Shown here piece by piece: positions 30,183 to 39,471 of a stretch of DNA of 64,000 bases. Position numbers and translations under genes: made by a program. The notes under the pieces were generated by a model. That model did not search any database, was not told the origin of the DNA, and saw only the letters and a list, made by a program, of their open reading frames with translations. The stretch covers positions 3,264,001 through 3,328,000 of the forward strand of contig OY970399.1 of assembly GCA_963720545.1 (NCBI GenBank), read 5' to 3'. Source of the DNA: an uncultured Acidobacteriota bacterium (GTDB lineage Bacteria; Acidobacteriota; Vicinamibacteria; Fen-336). Positions within the stretch are counted from its first letter, which is position 1. Each line of letters starts with the position of its first letter.

Positions 30183-31051
30183 CAACTTGCGTTGAAGGTG
30201 TCGCAGGCCTTGAGGTCGCCGGCTTCGAGGCCGCGGCGGAACCAGCTGGTGCGCTGCGCCGACGAGCCGTGGGTGAAGCCCTCGGGATTGACGTGGCCCT
30301 GCGCCTGTTTCTGGATGCGGTCGTCGCCGACCGCGGCCGCTGCGGTCATGCCTTCCTCGATGTCACCCGGTTCGAGGTTCGACGACGTCGCCTTCGCCCA
30401 GACACCGGCGTAGCAGTCGGCCTGCAGCTCGAGGCGCACCGACAGCTCGTTCGCCATGTCGGGCCGTGCCTGCTGCGCGCGCCGCATCTGCGCTTCGGTG
30501 CCGATGATCTTCTGCAGGTGATGGCCCAGCTCGTGCGCGAGCACATACGCCTGTGCGAAGTCGCCGCTGGCGCCGAAGCGGGTGCGCAGCTCGTCGTAGA
30601 AGCCGAGGTCGACATAGACCTTCTCGTCGACCGGGCAGTAGAACGGTCCGCTCGCGGCCTGCGCGAAGCCGCACTCGGCCCGCGTCTGGTCGCGGAACAG
30701 CACCAGCGTGGCATCGCGATACTGCAGGCCGAATTGCGGCAGCACGCGCGCCCAGGTGGCCTGCGCGTCGTCGAGCACGAAGGAGATGAAGTGCACCAGC
30801 TTCTCTTCTTCCGGAGTCGTCTGCACCGGCGCTTGCGGCCCGGTCGTTTGCACGGCGCCGCCGCCACCCCCGGCACCGGGGTCGAGCAGCGCCAGAAAGT
30901 TCTGCTTGAAGACCAGGCTCAACACGATCAGCAGCGCAAGCGTGCCGCAGCCGACCGAACGGCCGCCGCCGGGAAAGCCGCCGAAACCGCCGGCACCTTC
31001 GCCGCGCCGATCCTCGATGTTGTCGCTGACGCCACGGTCCTGCCAACGCAT
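30182..31051 (-). CDS. Neutral zinc metallopeptidase (YpfJ family)
   Basis: SDNIEDRRG, GPFYCP, GDFAQAYVLAHELGHHLQ, ELQADCYAG, FTHGSSAQR; GAGGAG SD before ATG 31051. Confidence 0.92.
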   Translation of the reverse strand: MRWQDRGVSDNIEDRRGEGAGGFGGFPGGGRSVGCGTLALLIVLSLVFKQNFLALLDPGAGGGGGAVQTTGPQAPVQTTPEEEKLVHFISFVLDDAQATWARVLPQFGLQYRDATLVLFRDQTRAECGFAQAASGPFYCPVDEKVYVDLGFYDELRTRFGASGDFAQAYVLAHELGHHLQKIIGTEAQMRRAQQARPDMANELSVRLELQADCYAGVWAKATSSNLEPGDIEEGMTAAAAVGDDRIQKQAQGHVNPEGFTHGSSAQRTSWFRRGLEAGDLKACDTFNAS

Positions 31052-31189
31052 GCCTGCTCCTCGCCCCTGGAGAGCTGTCGTAAAGGGCGGACTATACCGT
31101 ACGCCCCGGTTGGTGAATTTACGTCTTGCCACTCAACATCGTGATGCCACTTGCGGTCCAAGAATGCTGGGTGCTCTAGACTCGTCATG

Positions 31190-32521
31190 ATGACAGCAAG
31201 CAGGAAACGCTGGATCGGAATCGTGACGGGCGTGTGCTTGCTCGCCGGCGCCGGCTACCTTTATTCACAGCGTCCGCGGCCGGTCCGCTACGTCACCGCG
31301 GCCGTTGACCGCGGCGACATCGTCGAGGCGGTGGGCGCCACCGGCGCGCTGCAGGCGGTCACAAGTGTACAAGTCGGCTCGCAGGTCTCGGGCACCATCC
31401 AGAGCCTCGGCGCCGACTTCAACACGGTCGTGAAGAAGGGCCAGGTGATCGCGCGGCTCGATCCCTCCACCTTCCAGGCGCGACTCGGCCAGGCGCAAGC
31501 GAACCTCGCCGCCGCCCGCGCCAACGTCGACAAGGCCCGCGCCGACCTCAGCGACAACCAGCAGAAATTCAAGCGCGCGCAGGAGCTGGCGGCGGAGCAG
31601 CTGCTGGCGCAGAGCGATCTCGACAGCGCGCGCGCCGCGTTCGAGTCGTCGCAGGCGAGCCTCAAGGCGGCGCAGGCGTCGGTGACGCAGTCGCAGGCGT
31701 CCGTCAACCAGGCGCAGCTCGACCTCGACCACACGATCATCGCGACGCCCATCGACGGGGTCGTCGTGAACCGCAGCGTGGACGTCGGCCAGACGGTGGC
31801 GGCATCGCTGCAGGCGCCGACGCTCTTCATCATCGCCAACGACCTCTCGCACATGCAGGTGAACGCAACCGTGGACGAGGCGGATGTCGGCCGCGTGCAG
31901 GAGGGCCAGGAGGTCGCGTTCCACGTCGATGCGCATCCCGACCAGACGTTCGTCGGACGGGTGCAGCAGGTGCGGCTGCAGCCGCAGACGGTGCAGAACG
32001 TCGTCAGCTACAACACGCTCATCGCCGTGGACAACGTCGCCGGCGAGCTGCTACCGGGCATGACCGCAACCGTCTCGATCATCGCGCGCAAGGCGAGCAA
32101 CCAGCTGCGCGTCCCGGCATCGGCGCTGCGTTTCCGGCCCGAGGGGTTCGAAGGCCGGCGGCGCGGCGGTGGCGGTGCGGGCGCACCCAGCGGTGGCGGA
32201 GGCAGCGGCGCGCGCCAGCGCCAGGACGCTGCTTCGTCCGATGGCGCGCGTGGCGCGGGCAACGGCGCGCCGGCGGCAGTCAATGCGCGCGGGCTGGTGT
32301 TCGTGCTCGGCACAGACGGCAAGCCCGCACCGATGCGCATCGAGACGGGCGTTACCGACGGCCAATGGGTGGAGGTCGTCTCCGGACTCAGCGAGGGCCA
32401 GTCGGTCGTCACCGGCATCGACAGCGGCACCACGGCGGCCGTGCGGCCAGGCGCGCAGCCGACGCCCGCAGCCAACAACCCGTTCTCGCCGCAGCGGCAG
32501 CCGACCCGCCGCACCCGCTGA
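31190..32521 (+). CDS. Efflux periplasmic adaptor (MacA-like)
   Basis: VQVGSQVSG, VKKGQVIA, coiled-coil hairpin, ATPIDGVV, GQTVAASLQAPTLF, DEADVG, PGMTA; start 31187 or 31190. Confidence 0.9.
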   Translation: MTASRKRWIGIVTGVCLLAGAGYLYSQRPRPVRYVTAAVDRGDIVEAVGATGALQAVTSVQVGSQVSGTIQSLGADFNTVVKKGQVIARLDPSTFQARLGQAQANLAAARANVDKARADLSDNQQKFKRAQELAAEQLLAQSDLDSARAAFESSQASLKAAQASVTQSQASVNQAQLDLDHTIIATPIDGVVVNRSVDVGQTVAASLQAPTLFIIANDLSHMQVNATVDEADVGRVQEGQEVAFHVDAHPDQTFVGRVQQVRLQPQTVQNVVSYNTLIAVDNVAGELLPGMTATVSIIARKASNQLRVPASALRFRPEGFEGRRRGGGGAGAPSGGGGSGARQRQDAASSDGARGAGNGAPAAVNARGLVFVLGTDGKPAPMRIETGVTDGQWVEVVSGLSEGQSVVTGIDSGTTAAVRPGAQPTPAANNPFSPQRQPTRRTR

Positions 32522-32523
32522 CG

Positions 32524-33288
32524 ATGGCCGACGCGGCCGTCATCCGCCTCGCCGATGTCAAGAAGTCGTACCTCGTCGGCGACGTCACGGTGCACGCGCT
32601 GCGCCACGTCGACCTGAGCCTCGAGCGCGGCACCTTCACCGCCATTGTCGGCTCGTCGGGCAGCGGCAAGTCGACGCTCATGAACATCCTCGGCCTCCTC
32701 GACCGGCCGTCGTCCGGCACCTATGCGCTCGAGGGCGTGGACGTCTCCAACTTCGACCGCGACGCGCGCGCGCAGTTCCGCAACCGCAAGATCGGCTTCG
32801 TGTTCCAGAACTTCAACCTGTTGCCGCGCACCACCGCCACCGAGCAAGTCGAGCTGCCGCTGCTGTACGGCGGCCGCAACGTGCCGGCCGCCGAACGCCA
32901 CAAGCGTGCCGAGGAGCTGCTGCGCGCAGTGGGCCTGGGCGAGCGGGCGCACCACACGCCGAACCAGCTCTCCGGCGGCCAGCAGCAGCGGGTCGCCATC
33001 GCGCGCGCGCTGGTCACCGAGCCCGAGATCGTGCTCGCCGACGAGCCCACCGGCAACCTCGACAGCCGCACCAGCATCGAGATCATGGAAATCCTGCAGC
33101 GGCTCAACCGCGAGCGCGGCCTCACCGTCATCCTCATCACCCATGAGCCCGATATCGCCGAGTACGCGCAGCGCATGGTGACGCTGCGCGACGGCAGGAT
33201 CGTCAGCGACTCTCCGGTGGCCAGGCGGCGCGACGCGGTCGCCGAGCTGCGTGCGTTGCCGGCGCCGGAAGTGGAGCAGGAAGCATGA
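32524..33288 (+). CDS. ABC transporter ATP-binding protein (MacB/LolD-like)
   Basis: GSSGSGKST, FVFQNFNLL, LSGGQQQRVAIARAL, ADEPTGNLD, ITH. Confidence 0.93.
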   Translation: MADAAVIRLADVKKSYLVGDVTVHALRHVDLSLERGTFTAIVGSSGSGKSTLMNILGLLDRPSSGTYALEGVDVSNFDRDARAQFRNRKIGFVFQNFNLLPRTTATEQVELPLLYGGRNVPAAERHKRAEELLRAVGLGERAHHTPNQLSGGQQQRVAIARALVTEPEIVLADEPTGNLDSRTSIEIMEILQRLNRERGLTVILITHEPDIAEYAQRMVTLRDGRIVSDSPVARRRDAVAELRALPAPEVEQEA

Positions 33289-34505
33289 GCCTGCGGGAGA
33301 CGCTGCGCATCGCCATGATCGCGATCCGCCGCAACAAGGTGCGCTCGGCGCTCACCATGCTCGGCGTCATCATCGGCGTCGCCTCGGTGATCGCGATGAT
33401 CGCGCTCGGCTCGGGTGCGCGCCAGGCGATCGACGAGCAGATCCAGAGCCAGGGGACGACGCTCATCTACCTGTCGTCCGGCAGCTTCAACCGCGGCGCC
33501 GGCGGCGTGCGCGGCGGCGCCGGCACCATCACCACCCTGACCATGGACGACGCGGTCGCGGTGTCGCAGCTGCCGCAGGTCGCGCACTGGACGCCGGTGG
33601 TGCAGGGGCGCGCGCAAGTGGTGGCGGGCAACATGAACTGGAACACCCAGGTGCAGGGCGGCAACGAGGACTTCCTCGCGGTGCGCAACTGGGTGATCGC
33701 CGACGGCCTCAACTTCACGGCGCGCGAGGTGACCACCGCCGACAAGGTGTGCCTGCTCGGCGACACCGTCACGCGCACGCTGTTTCCCGACGGCAACGCC
33801 GCGGGCCAGACGATCCGCATCAAGAACCTGCCGTTCCGCGTGCTCGGCACGCTCGCCGCCAAGGGCCAGGGGCAGTTCGGCCAGGACCAGGACGACTTCA
33901 TCATCGCGCCCTACACGACCATCCAGAAGAAGCTGCTCGGCATCACCTACCTGAACCAGGTGTCGCTCGCCGCGCACACCACCGACGACGTCGAGCCGCT
34001 CGCCACCGCCATCACGCGGCTGATGCGCGAGCGCCACCGCATCTCGAACCCCGACGACGACGACTTCAACGTGCGCACGGTCGAGGAGCTGGCGCAGACC
34101 CGGGTGCAGATGGCGCAGACCATGACCGGGCTGCTGATGAGCGTGGCCTCGGTGAGCCTTTTGGTCGGCGGCATCGGCATCATGAACATCATGCTGGTCT
34201 CGGTGACGGAGCGGACCAAGGAGATCGGGCTGCGCATGGCCATCGGCGCGCGCACCGGCGACATCCTCCGCCAGTTCCTGACGGAGGCCGTGGGATTGTC
34301 GGTGGTCGGCGGGTTGCTGGGGATGCTGCTCGGTATCGTGGTGTCGAAGGTGGTGTCGGAAACGCTCGGCTGGCCGACAGTGATCACACCGTCGTCCATC
34401 GCCATCGCCTTTGCCTTCGCGGCCGCGGTCGGCGTGTTCTTCGGCTACTACCCGGCGAAGACCGCCGCCAACCTCGACCCCATCGACGCCCTGCGCTACG
34501 AGTAG
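33285..34505 (+). CDS. ABC transporter permease (MacB/FtsX family)
   Basis: RSALTMLGVIIGV, GGIGIMNIMLVSVTERTKEIGLRMAIGA, FFGYYPA, DPIDALRYE. Confidence 0.93.
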   Translation: MSLRETLRIAMIAIRRNKVRSALTMLGVIIGVASVIAMIALGSGARQAIDEQIQSQGTTLIYLSSGSFNRGAGGVRGGAGTITTLTMDDAVAVSQLPQVAHWTPVVQGRAQVVAGNMNWNTQVQGGNEDFLAVRNWVIADGLNFTAREVTTADKVCLLGDTVTRTLFPDGNAAGQTIRIKNLPFRVLGTLAAKGQGQFGQDQDDFIIAPYTTIQKKLLGITYLNQVSLAAHTTDDVEPLATAITRLMRERHRISNPDDDDFNVRTVEELAQTRVQMAQTMTGLLMSVASVSLLVGGIGIMNIMLVSVTERTKEIGLRMAIGARTGDILRQFLTEAVGLSVVGGLLGMLLGIVVSKVVSETLGWPTVITPSSIAIAFAFAAAVGVFFGYYPAKTAANLDPIDALRYE

Positions 34506-34536
34506 CAACACGCTCACCACTTCGTGAGCGTGTTGC
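34505..34536. terminator. Perfect 13-bp hairpin between convergent genes (possible bidirectional terminator or REP-like element)
   Basis: GCAACACGCTCAC-cacttc-GTGAGCGTGTTGC; no U-tract. Confidence 0.5.
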
Positions 34537-34579
34537 GTATCCTGAGCCTAAGGTCGCTCGCTGGCGCGAAGGATCCCTC

Positions 34580-36241
34580 TTACTTGCCCTCGAGCGACTT
34601 CTTCCGCACCGCCTCGAACTCGTCGCCGGGCTTCCATGCGGGCGTCTTCACGGAATTCGCCACCCGCACGCCGACGTCGAACAGCAGCTGCGCGTCCTGT
34701 ACCGCGCCGGAATAGTCCCAGTCGGAGCGCACCTCGTCGCTCGGCTGGTGGTAGTCCTTTGCCTCGAAGTCTTCCTTCTTCTGCTTGCCGTATCCCGCCG
34801 GCTTGCCGATGACGTCAGTGCCGGTGTTGAAGTGCGAAGCCGGGATGCCGACCTTGGCGAAGTTGAAGTGGTCGGAGCGGTAGTAGAAGCCCTTGTCGGG
34901 GAACTGGTCGCCGACGATGGTGCGCTTCTGCGCCAGTGCCGCTGCCTTGACGAAGTCGTCGAGGCTCGACTTGCCGAGGCCGATGACGCCGAAGTCGCGG
35001 GTCTCGCCCATCATGCCGAGGCCGTCCATGTTGATGTTCGCGACGAACTTGCCCGCGGGGATCGGCAGGTGGTTCGAGAGGTATTCGGAGCCGAGGAGGC
35101 CCTGCTCTTCGGCGGCGACCGCCGCGAAGTAGATGGTGCGCTTCGGCTTCGGCTGGAGCGCCTGGAACGCGTCGGCGATCGCCAGCATGCCGGCAACGCC
35201 CGAGGCGTTGTCGATGGCGCCGTTGTAGATCGCGTCCTCGCCCGGCTTGGCGTTCGGGTTGATGCCGAGGTGATCGTGGTGCGCCGAATAGATAACGGCT
35301 TCCTTGGCGAGCACCGGATCGGCGCCCGGCAGCTTGCCGATGACGTTGGCGGTCTGCTTCTTCTTCACCTGGTTCTTGAGCAGCGCCGACAAGGTGACGC
35401 CGAGCGGCACCGGCTTGAAGTCGGCCTTCTCGGCAGCGGCGCGCAGCGTGTCGAGGTCGGCGCCGCCGAGCGCCGCGATCTTGCGGCAGGTGTCTTCCGC
35501 GCACCAGCCCTTGAGCGCCATCAGCTCCTCGCCTTCGGCAGGCGGGATCGAGAAGCGCTCGCCGGTCCACCCGCTCTGCACCACCGTGAACGGGTAGGCA
35601 GCCGACGGCGTCGTGTGGATGATGATGGCGCCCGCGGCGCCCTGGCGTGCGGCGCTTTCGTACTTATAGGTCCAGCGGCCGTAGTAGAGGCGCGTCTTGC
35701 CGCCGAAGAGGTTGGGATCGCTCTCCGGGTCGTTGTTCATCATCAGCAGGATCTTGCCCTTGAGGTCCACGCCCTTGAAGTCGTCCCACTTGTATTCGGG
35801 CGCCTGGATGCCGTAGCCGACGAACACCACTTCGGCGTCGTCGAGCTTCACTTCCTCCTTCGGCACGTCGGCGAACGCGATGAACTCGTCGTACGACTTG
35901 ACGGTGACGCTCTTGTCGCCCTTCTTGAAGGTGAACGTTTCGGGCATGGCGGTGTCGATACCGAAGACATCGAACGGCTGCAACCAGGTGCCGTCGGGCG
36001 CGCCGGGCACGAGGCCGGCGTGCTCCATCTGCGACACGATGTAGGCCTCGGCCAGCTGGTCGCCGCGAGTCGCCGGGCCGCGGCCTTCGAGGAGGTCGCT
36101 CGCCAGGAAGCCGATATGCGCCTTGAGCGTGTCGGCCTTGATTGCGGCCGACGCCTTCTGCGCGGCCGAGGGTGCGGGCGCCTGGGCGAAAACCGGGGCG
36201 GCCAGGGATGCGAGCGAGAGGAAAAGGGCGAAATGTTTCAT
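34580..36241 (-). CDS. M28 family peptidase with PA domain, secreted
   Basis: LASDLLEGRG, VFVGYGI, YYGRWTYKYE, SAHHDH, NGAIDNASG, AEEQGLLGS, RSDHFNF, YHQPSD; start MKHFALF. Confidence 0.92.
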   Translation of the reverse strand: MKHFALFLSLASLAAPVFAQAPAPSAAQKASAAIKADTLKAHIGFLASDLLEGRGPATRGDQLAEAYIVSQMEHAGLVPGAPDGTWLQPFDVFGIDTAMPETFTFKKGDKSVTVKSYDEFIAFADVPKEEVKLDDAEVVFVGYGIQAPEYKWDDFKGVDLKGKILLMMNNDPESDPNLFGGKTRLYYGRWTYKYESAARQGAAGAIIIHTTPSAAYPFTVVQSGWTGERFSIPPAEGEELMALKGWCAEDTCRKIAALGGADLDTLRAAAEKADFKPVPLGVTLSALLKNQVKKKQTANVIGKLPGADPVLAKEAVIYSAHHDHLGINPNAKPGEDAIYNGAIDNASGVAGMLAIADAFQALQPKPKRTIYFAAVAAEEQGLLGSEYLSNHLPIPAGKFVANINMDGLGMMGETRDFGVIGLGKSSLDDFVKAAALAQKRTIVGDQFPDKGFYYRSDHFNFAKVGIPASHFNTGTDVIGKPAGYGKQKKEDFEAKDYHQPSDEVRSDWDYSGAVQDAQLLFDVGVRVANSVKTPAWKPGDEFEAVRKKSLEGK

Positions 36242-36277
36242 GACCCGGTAGCATACCAAGCAAGCAACGGGTGACCG

Positions 36278-36772
36278 GTGAAACCTGAAAGAGTCGACGA
36301 AAAGGCACAACGAATCACCCGCGAGTTCCGCCAGACGATCCATGGCACGCCGGCGCAGGCGTTTCCCCTCCTGTGCCCGGTGCGCGAGCGCGACTGGGCC
36401 GAGGGCTGGGAGTGCGCCGTGCTTCACTCGGAGTGCGGCTTCGCCGAACAGGGCGCCGTATTCACGACGCCGCATCACGGCGAGAGCGAGACCGTCTGGG
36501 TCATCACCGGCTACGACTCGCCGCGGCGGATCACGTTCGTGCGGGTGACACCGGGTGAGACCGCGGTAGACATCGCGATCGACGTCGCACCGCTCGGCGA
36601 CAACGAATCGACGGTGGACATCCGCTACACGTACACGAGCCTCGGCCCGCGCGGCGACAAGCGTCTCGCTGCGATCACCGAAGAGGCGTGGCGCGCCGAC
36701 ATGGAATTCTGGGAGCGGGGCATGAACCACTACCTCGCCACCGGGGAGATGCTGCGCTCCGGCCACGAGTAG
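36278..36772 (+). CDS. Hypothetical protein, SRPBCC/START-like fold
   Basis: AFPLLCPVRERDWAEGW, alternating beta pattern and C-terminal helix (WERGMNHYL); fold is inferred. Confidence 0.6.
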   Translation: MKPERVDEKAQRITREFRQTIHGTPAQAFPLLCPVRERDWAEGWECAVLHSECGFAEQGAVFTTPHHGESETVWVITGYDSPRRITFVRVTPGETAVDIAIDVAPLGDNESTVDIRYTYTSLGPRGDKRLAAITEEAWRADMEFWERGMNHYLATGEMLRSGHE

Positions 36773-37395
36773 TCCGCATCGCGGGCGGCGCGTTCGCGAT
36801 GGGCGACGACGCCGGCCGGCCGGACGAAGCGCCGGTGCACGAGGTGCGAGTCGCCGCTTTCGCGCTCGGCGCCACCGCCGTGACGAACGAAGAGTACGCG
36901 CGGTTTCTCGCGGCCGGGCTCGCCGCGTCACCGCCGTGGTGGGGCAAAGCCGGCTTCGACCACCCGCGGCAGCCGGTGGTCGGCGTCAGCTGGTTCGATG
37001 CCCAGGCGTGCGCGGCATGGTTCGGCTGCCGTCTGCCGACCGAGGCGGAGTGGGAGTTCGCGGCGCGCGACGACGGGCGCTGGGCGCCTCCAGACGTTCC
37101 GGCGGCTGCGCTTGACGGTCCATGGCTGGTCGGCCTTGGCAGCGCGAACGGCCTCGGCCTCTTCGACATGGGCACCGCGGTGCACGAATGGTGCGCCGAC
37201 TGGTACGACGCCGGCTTCTACGACATGTCGCCGCGCGACCACCCGCGTGGTCCGGCCGCAGGCACGCGGCGCGCGAGCCGCGGCGGCTCGTGGCGGCATC
37301 ACCTGCGCTACTCGCGACCCGCGGCGCGCAGCAGCCTGCCGCCCGAATCGCGCTACGCCGACTACGGCTTCCGACTCGTGAGTGACGTCAGTTGA
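36688..37395 (+). CDS. FGE-sulfatase (SUMF1/EgtB/PvdO-like) domain protein; start uncertain
   Basis: GGAFAMG, VTNEEYARF, PVVGVSWFDA, RLPTEAEWEFAAR, NGLGLFDM..VHEWCADWY, RGGSW, GFRL. Confidence 0.8.
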   Translation: MARRHGILGAGHEPLPRHRGDAALRPRVVRIAGGAFAMGDDAGRPDEAPVHEVRVAAFALGATAVTNEEYARFLAAGLAASPPWWGKAGFDHPRQPVVGVSWFDAQACAAWFGCRLPTEAEWEFAARDDGRWAPPDVPAAALDGPWLVGLGSANGLGLFDMGTAVHEWCADWYDAGFYDMSPRDHPRGPAAGTRRASRGGSWRHHLRYSRPAARSSLPPESRYADYGFRLVSDVS

Positions 37396-38065
37396 GCGTG
37401 AACTTCACAGTGACGCTCATCAGCACCGCCACCGGCACCCCCGAGAGCAGCGTCGGCGTGTAGCGCCACTGCTGCACGGCCTCGACCGCCGCGCGCTGCA
37501 GCAACTGCGGGCCGGACACGACCCGGGCATCGGTCACGTTGCCGTGCGGATCGATGACGCACTCGACCACCACCGTGCCCTGCACCCGTGCCGCGCGCGC
37601 GATCGCGGGATACACCGGATCGACCTGCCGCAGCTTCACTGGCGCCCGCACGTCGCCGCCCACGCGAATGAGCCGCGGCGGATCGGGCGCGGCCGCCATG
37701 CCGGCGATATCGACGCCAATGGTCCCGACGCCGACGTCGTCAACGCCGCCGCAACCAGCACCGCTACACACCTCGCCAACGCCCGCCGGGCCGATGCTTG
37801 CGTCGGCCAGCAGGTCTTCTGGCACGGGCAGCTCATCGGGAACAGCCACCGCAGTGGCGTTCGCCGGCGTCGTAGCCTGGCGAGAGCGGAGAACCCGTGT
37901 CGCAACCACGGCGCGCGGCGGTGCCGGCACCACCAGCACCGGCGTCTCCCAGATCTTGCCGGCGGCAGCGACTACCGGCAGCTCACCGCGCGAGAACCCG
38001 TCGCCAAACCACAGCCCAGCGATGGCGACAGCATGCACCAGCACCGAAAGGACCGCTCTTCGCAT
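37388..38065 (-). CDS. Energy transducer TonB family protein
   Basis: N-terminal SVLVH TM helix; VGGDVRAP, PVYPAIARAARVQGTV, AVQQWRYTPTLLSGVPV; GAGGAGG SD. Confidence 0.85.
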   Translation of the reverse strand: MRRAVLSVLVHAVAIAGLWFGDGFSRGELPVVAAAGKIWETPVLVVPAPPRAVVATRVLRSRQATTPANATAVAVPDELPVPEDLLADASIGPAGVGEVCSGAGCGGVDDVGVGTIGVDIAGMAAAPDPPRLIRVGGDVRAPVKLRQVDPVYPAIARAARVQGTVVVECVIDPHGNVTDARVVSGPQLLQRAAVEAVQQWRYTPTLLSGVPVAVLMSVTVKFTLN

Positions 38066-38085
38066 GGCCCCTCCTCATCGCTGGC

Positions 38086-38113
38086 TTGGACACCGCGCGG
38101 GAAGCGAGGTTCC
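38086..38113 (-). promoter_or_regulatory. Candidate ECF-sigma promoter GGAACC-N16-GTCCAA upstream of the TonB gene
   Basis: Resembles the general ECF -35 GGAAC / -10 GTC consensus; 20 nt upstream of the ATG. Confidence 0.4.
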
Positions 38114-38196
38114 GGAAAGACGTGCGGCATCACACCGTTGCTTTTCGACTGGAGAAAGGACGTGCGCGACGCGGACGGCGTCGCAGGTCTCCCGAC

Positions 38197-39471
38197 CTAT
38201 GAGATGGGTTTGGAATCCCTAGTCGATCTTGCGTCCTGCGCCAATGCTATGGCGGTTTCGTAGTCCGCGAGGCAGCGCGCCTCGGAATGCTCGACGGCGA
38301 CGTGGGCCGCGGCGGCCGTGCCGAGGCGGGCACGCAGTGCGCTGCTCGCAGCGAGGCGCAGGAGTGCGCGGGTCACCTCGCCTTCCTCGTCGGTGACCCG
38401 CACCTTGACCACCGCGTCGGCCGGAATTGCGGCGAAGTTGTCGAGGTCGGAGACGATGGTGGCGCGGCCCTGGGCCAGGACGCGCAGCAGCGCCGCCGAG
38501 GTTTCGCGCGCGGTGGGGTAGCGCAAGTGCACGGCGATGTCGGTGGCCGCGATGTGGGCGGGCAGTTCCTCGAGCGGCACGCGTCCCGTGACGATCGCCT
38601 TGTCCGCGATGCCGGCTGCGGTGAGTGCCGCGTCCAGACCACTGCGGTCGGGCACAGGGCCGACGAGCAGCAGGCGCAGCGGCGCACCGAGGCGGATTGC
38701 CCGGCCCACGGCGCGGGCAAGAACGTCCACTTCCTTCTCGGCGGTGAGCAGGCCGAACGTGGCGACGACGATCTCGGAGCCCCTGATGCCGAGGTGCGTG
38801 CGTAGTTCGTCGATCACGGACGCGCCGACCGGCGGTGGCTCCTGCATCGGCATGGCGAGCGGCGTCACCAGGGCGTCCGGCACCTCGGCGAGCACGCGGT
38901 CGAGAAGCGCGCGGTTGTGGCCGGCGATCACGTCCGCCGCGGCCGCGGGACCGCGGAAGAACGGATAGGCGTAGGGCAGCAGGCGGCCGGTGGTCTCGAG
39001 CTGAACATCGGCGAGCAGCGGCTGCGCTGGATACTCGGCGGCGAGCTCGGTGCGGTAGCGCTCGAGCGATTGGCGCGCGGCGTCGCGCAGCGCGGCGTTC
39101 GACGGATCGGCGCGATAGGCGACGACCGCGGCAGATTCGGTGAGCAGCCTTGCGCGCGCGTGATGCAGCACCAGGTCGTGCAGCACCAGCAGGCCGCCGA
39201 TGCGCTGCACGGCATCGAGAACGAACCGGTACTCGGTGCCGTTGCCGAGCTGATGGATGACGGCGTCGTACTCGAGGCCGCGTGCTTCGGCGGCGTACTC
39301 TTGAAACGGCAATACCCGCAGCTGCGGCAGGTTGAAGGCGGCCGTCTCGGGCTGGTCCACGAACACGTCGATCTGGTGGCGCGGCTCCAGCAGCCTCAGG
39401 ACGTCGGCGGCGTAATCGGCGACCCCGCTCGGCGCGGGCGGCAGCGGCGTGAAGAAGGCGAGCCGGCTCAC
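38197..39471 (-). CDS. Glycosyltransferase family 4 (GT-B)
   Basis: FTPLPPAPSGVADY, HQLGN, LHDLVLHH, LRYPTARETSAALLR. Confidence 0.85.
   Translation of the reverse strand: MSRLAFFTPLPPAPSGVADYAADVLRLLEPRHQIDVFVDQPETAAFNLPQLRVLPFQEYAAEARGLEYDAVIHQLGNGTEYRFVLDAVQRIGGLLVLHDLVLHHARARLLTESAAVVAYRADPSNAALRDAARQSLERYRTELAAEYPAQPLLADVQLETTGRLLPYAYPFFRGPAAAADVIAGHNRALLDRVLAEVPDALVTPLAMPMQEPPPVGASVIDELRTHLGIRGSEIVVATFGLLTAEKEVDVLARAVGRAIRLGAPLRLLLVGPVPDRSGLDAALTAAGIADKAIVTGRVPLEELPAHIAATDIAVHLRYPTARETSAALLRVLAQGRATIVSDLDNFAAIPADAVVKVRVTDEEGEVTRALLRLAASSALRARLGTAAAAHVAVEHSEARCLADYETAIALAQDARSTRDSKPIS

Noticed and set aside
33251..36274. Very long alternative or antisense ORFs (e.g. 1007 aa here, also 11581-13905, 45592-48108, 55791-58220)
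   Set aside because: Typical stop-poor shadow frames of high-GC genes; no motifs, and they overlap well-supported CDSs
38170..38260. GTCGGGAGACCTGC on the minus strand upstream of the TonB gene resembles the 3' end of a cobalamin riboswitch
   Set aside because: The other conserved elements (AGGGAA, GCCACTG, GGGAAG) are not present and the upstream sequence is GT coding region
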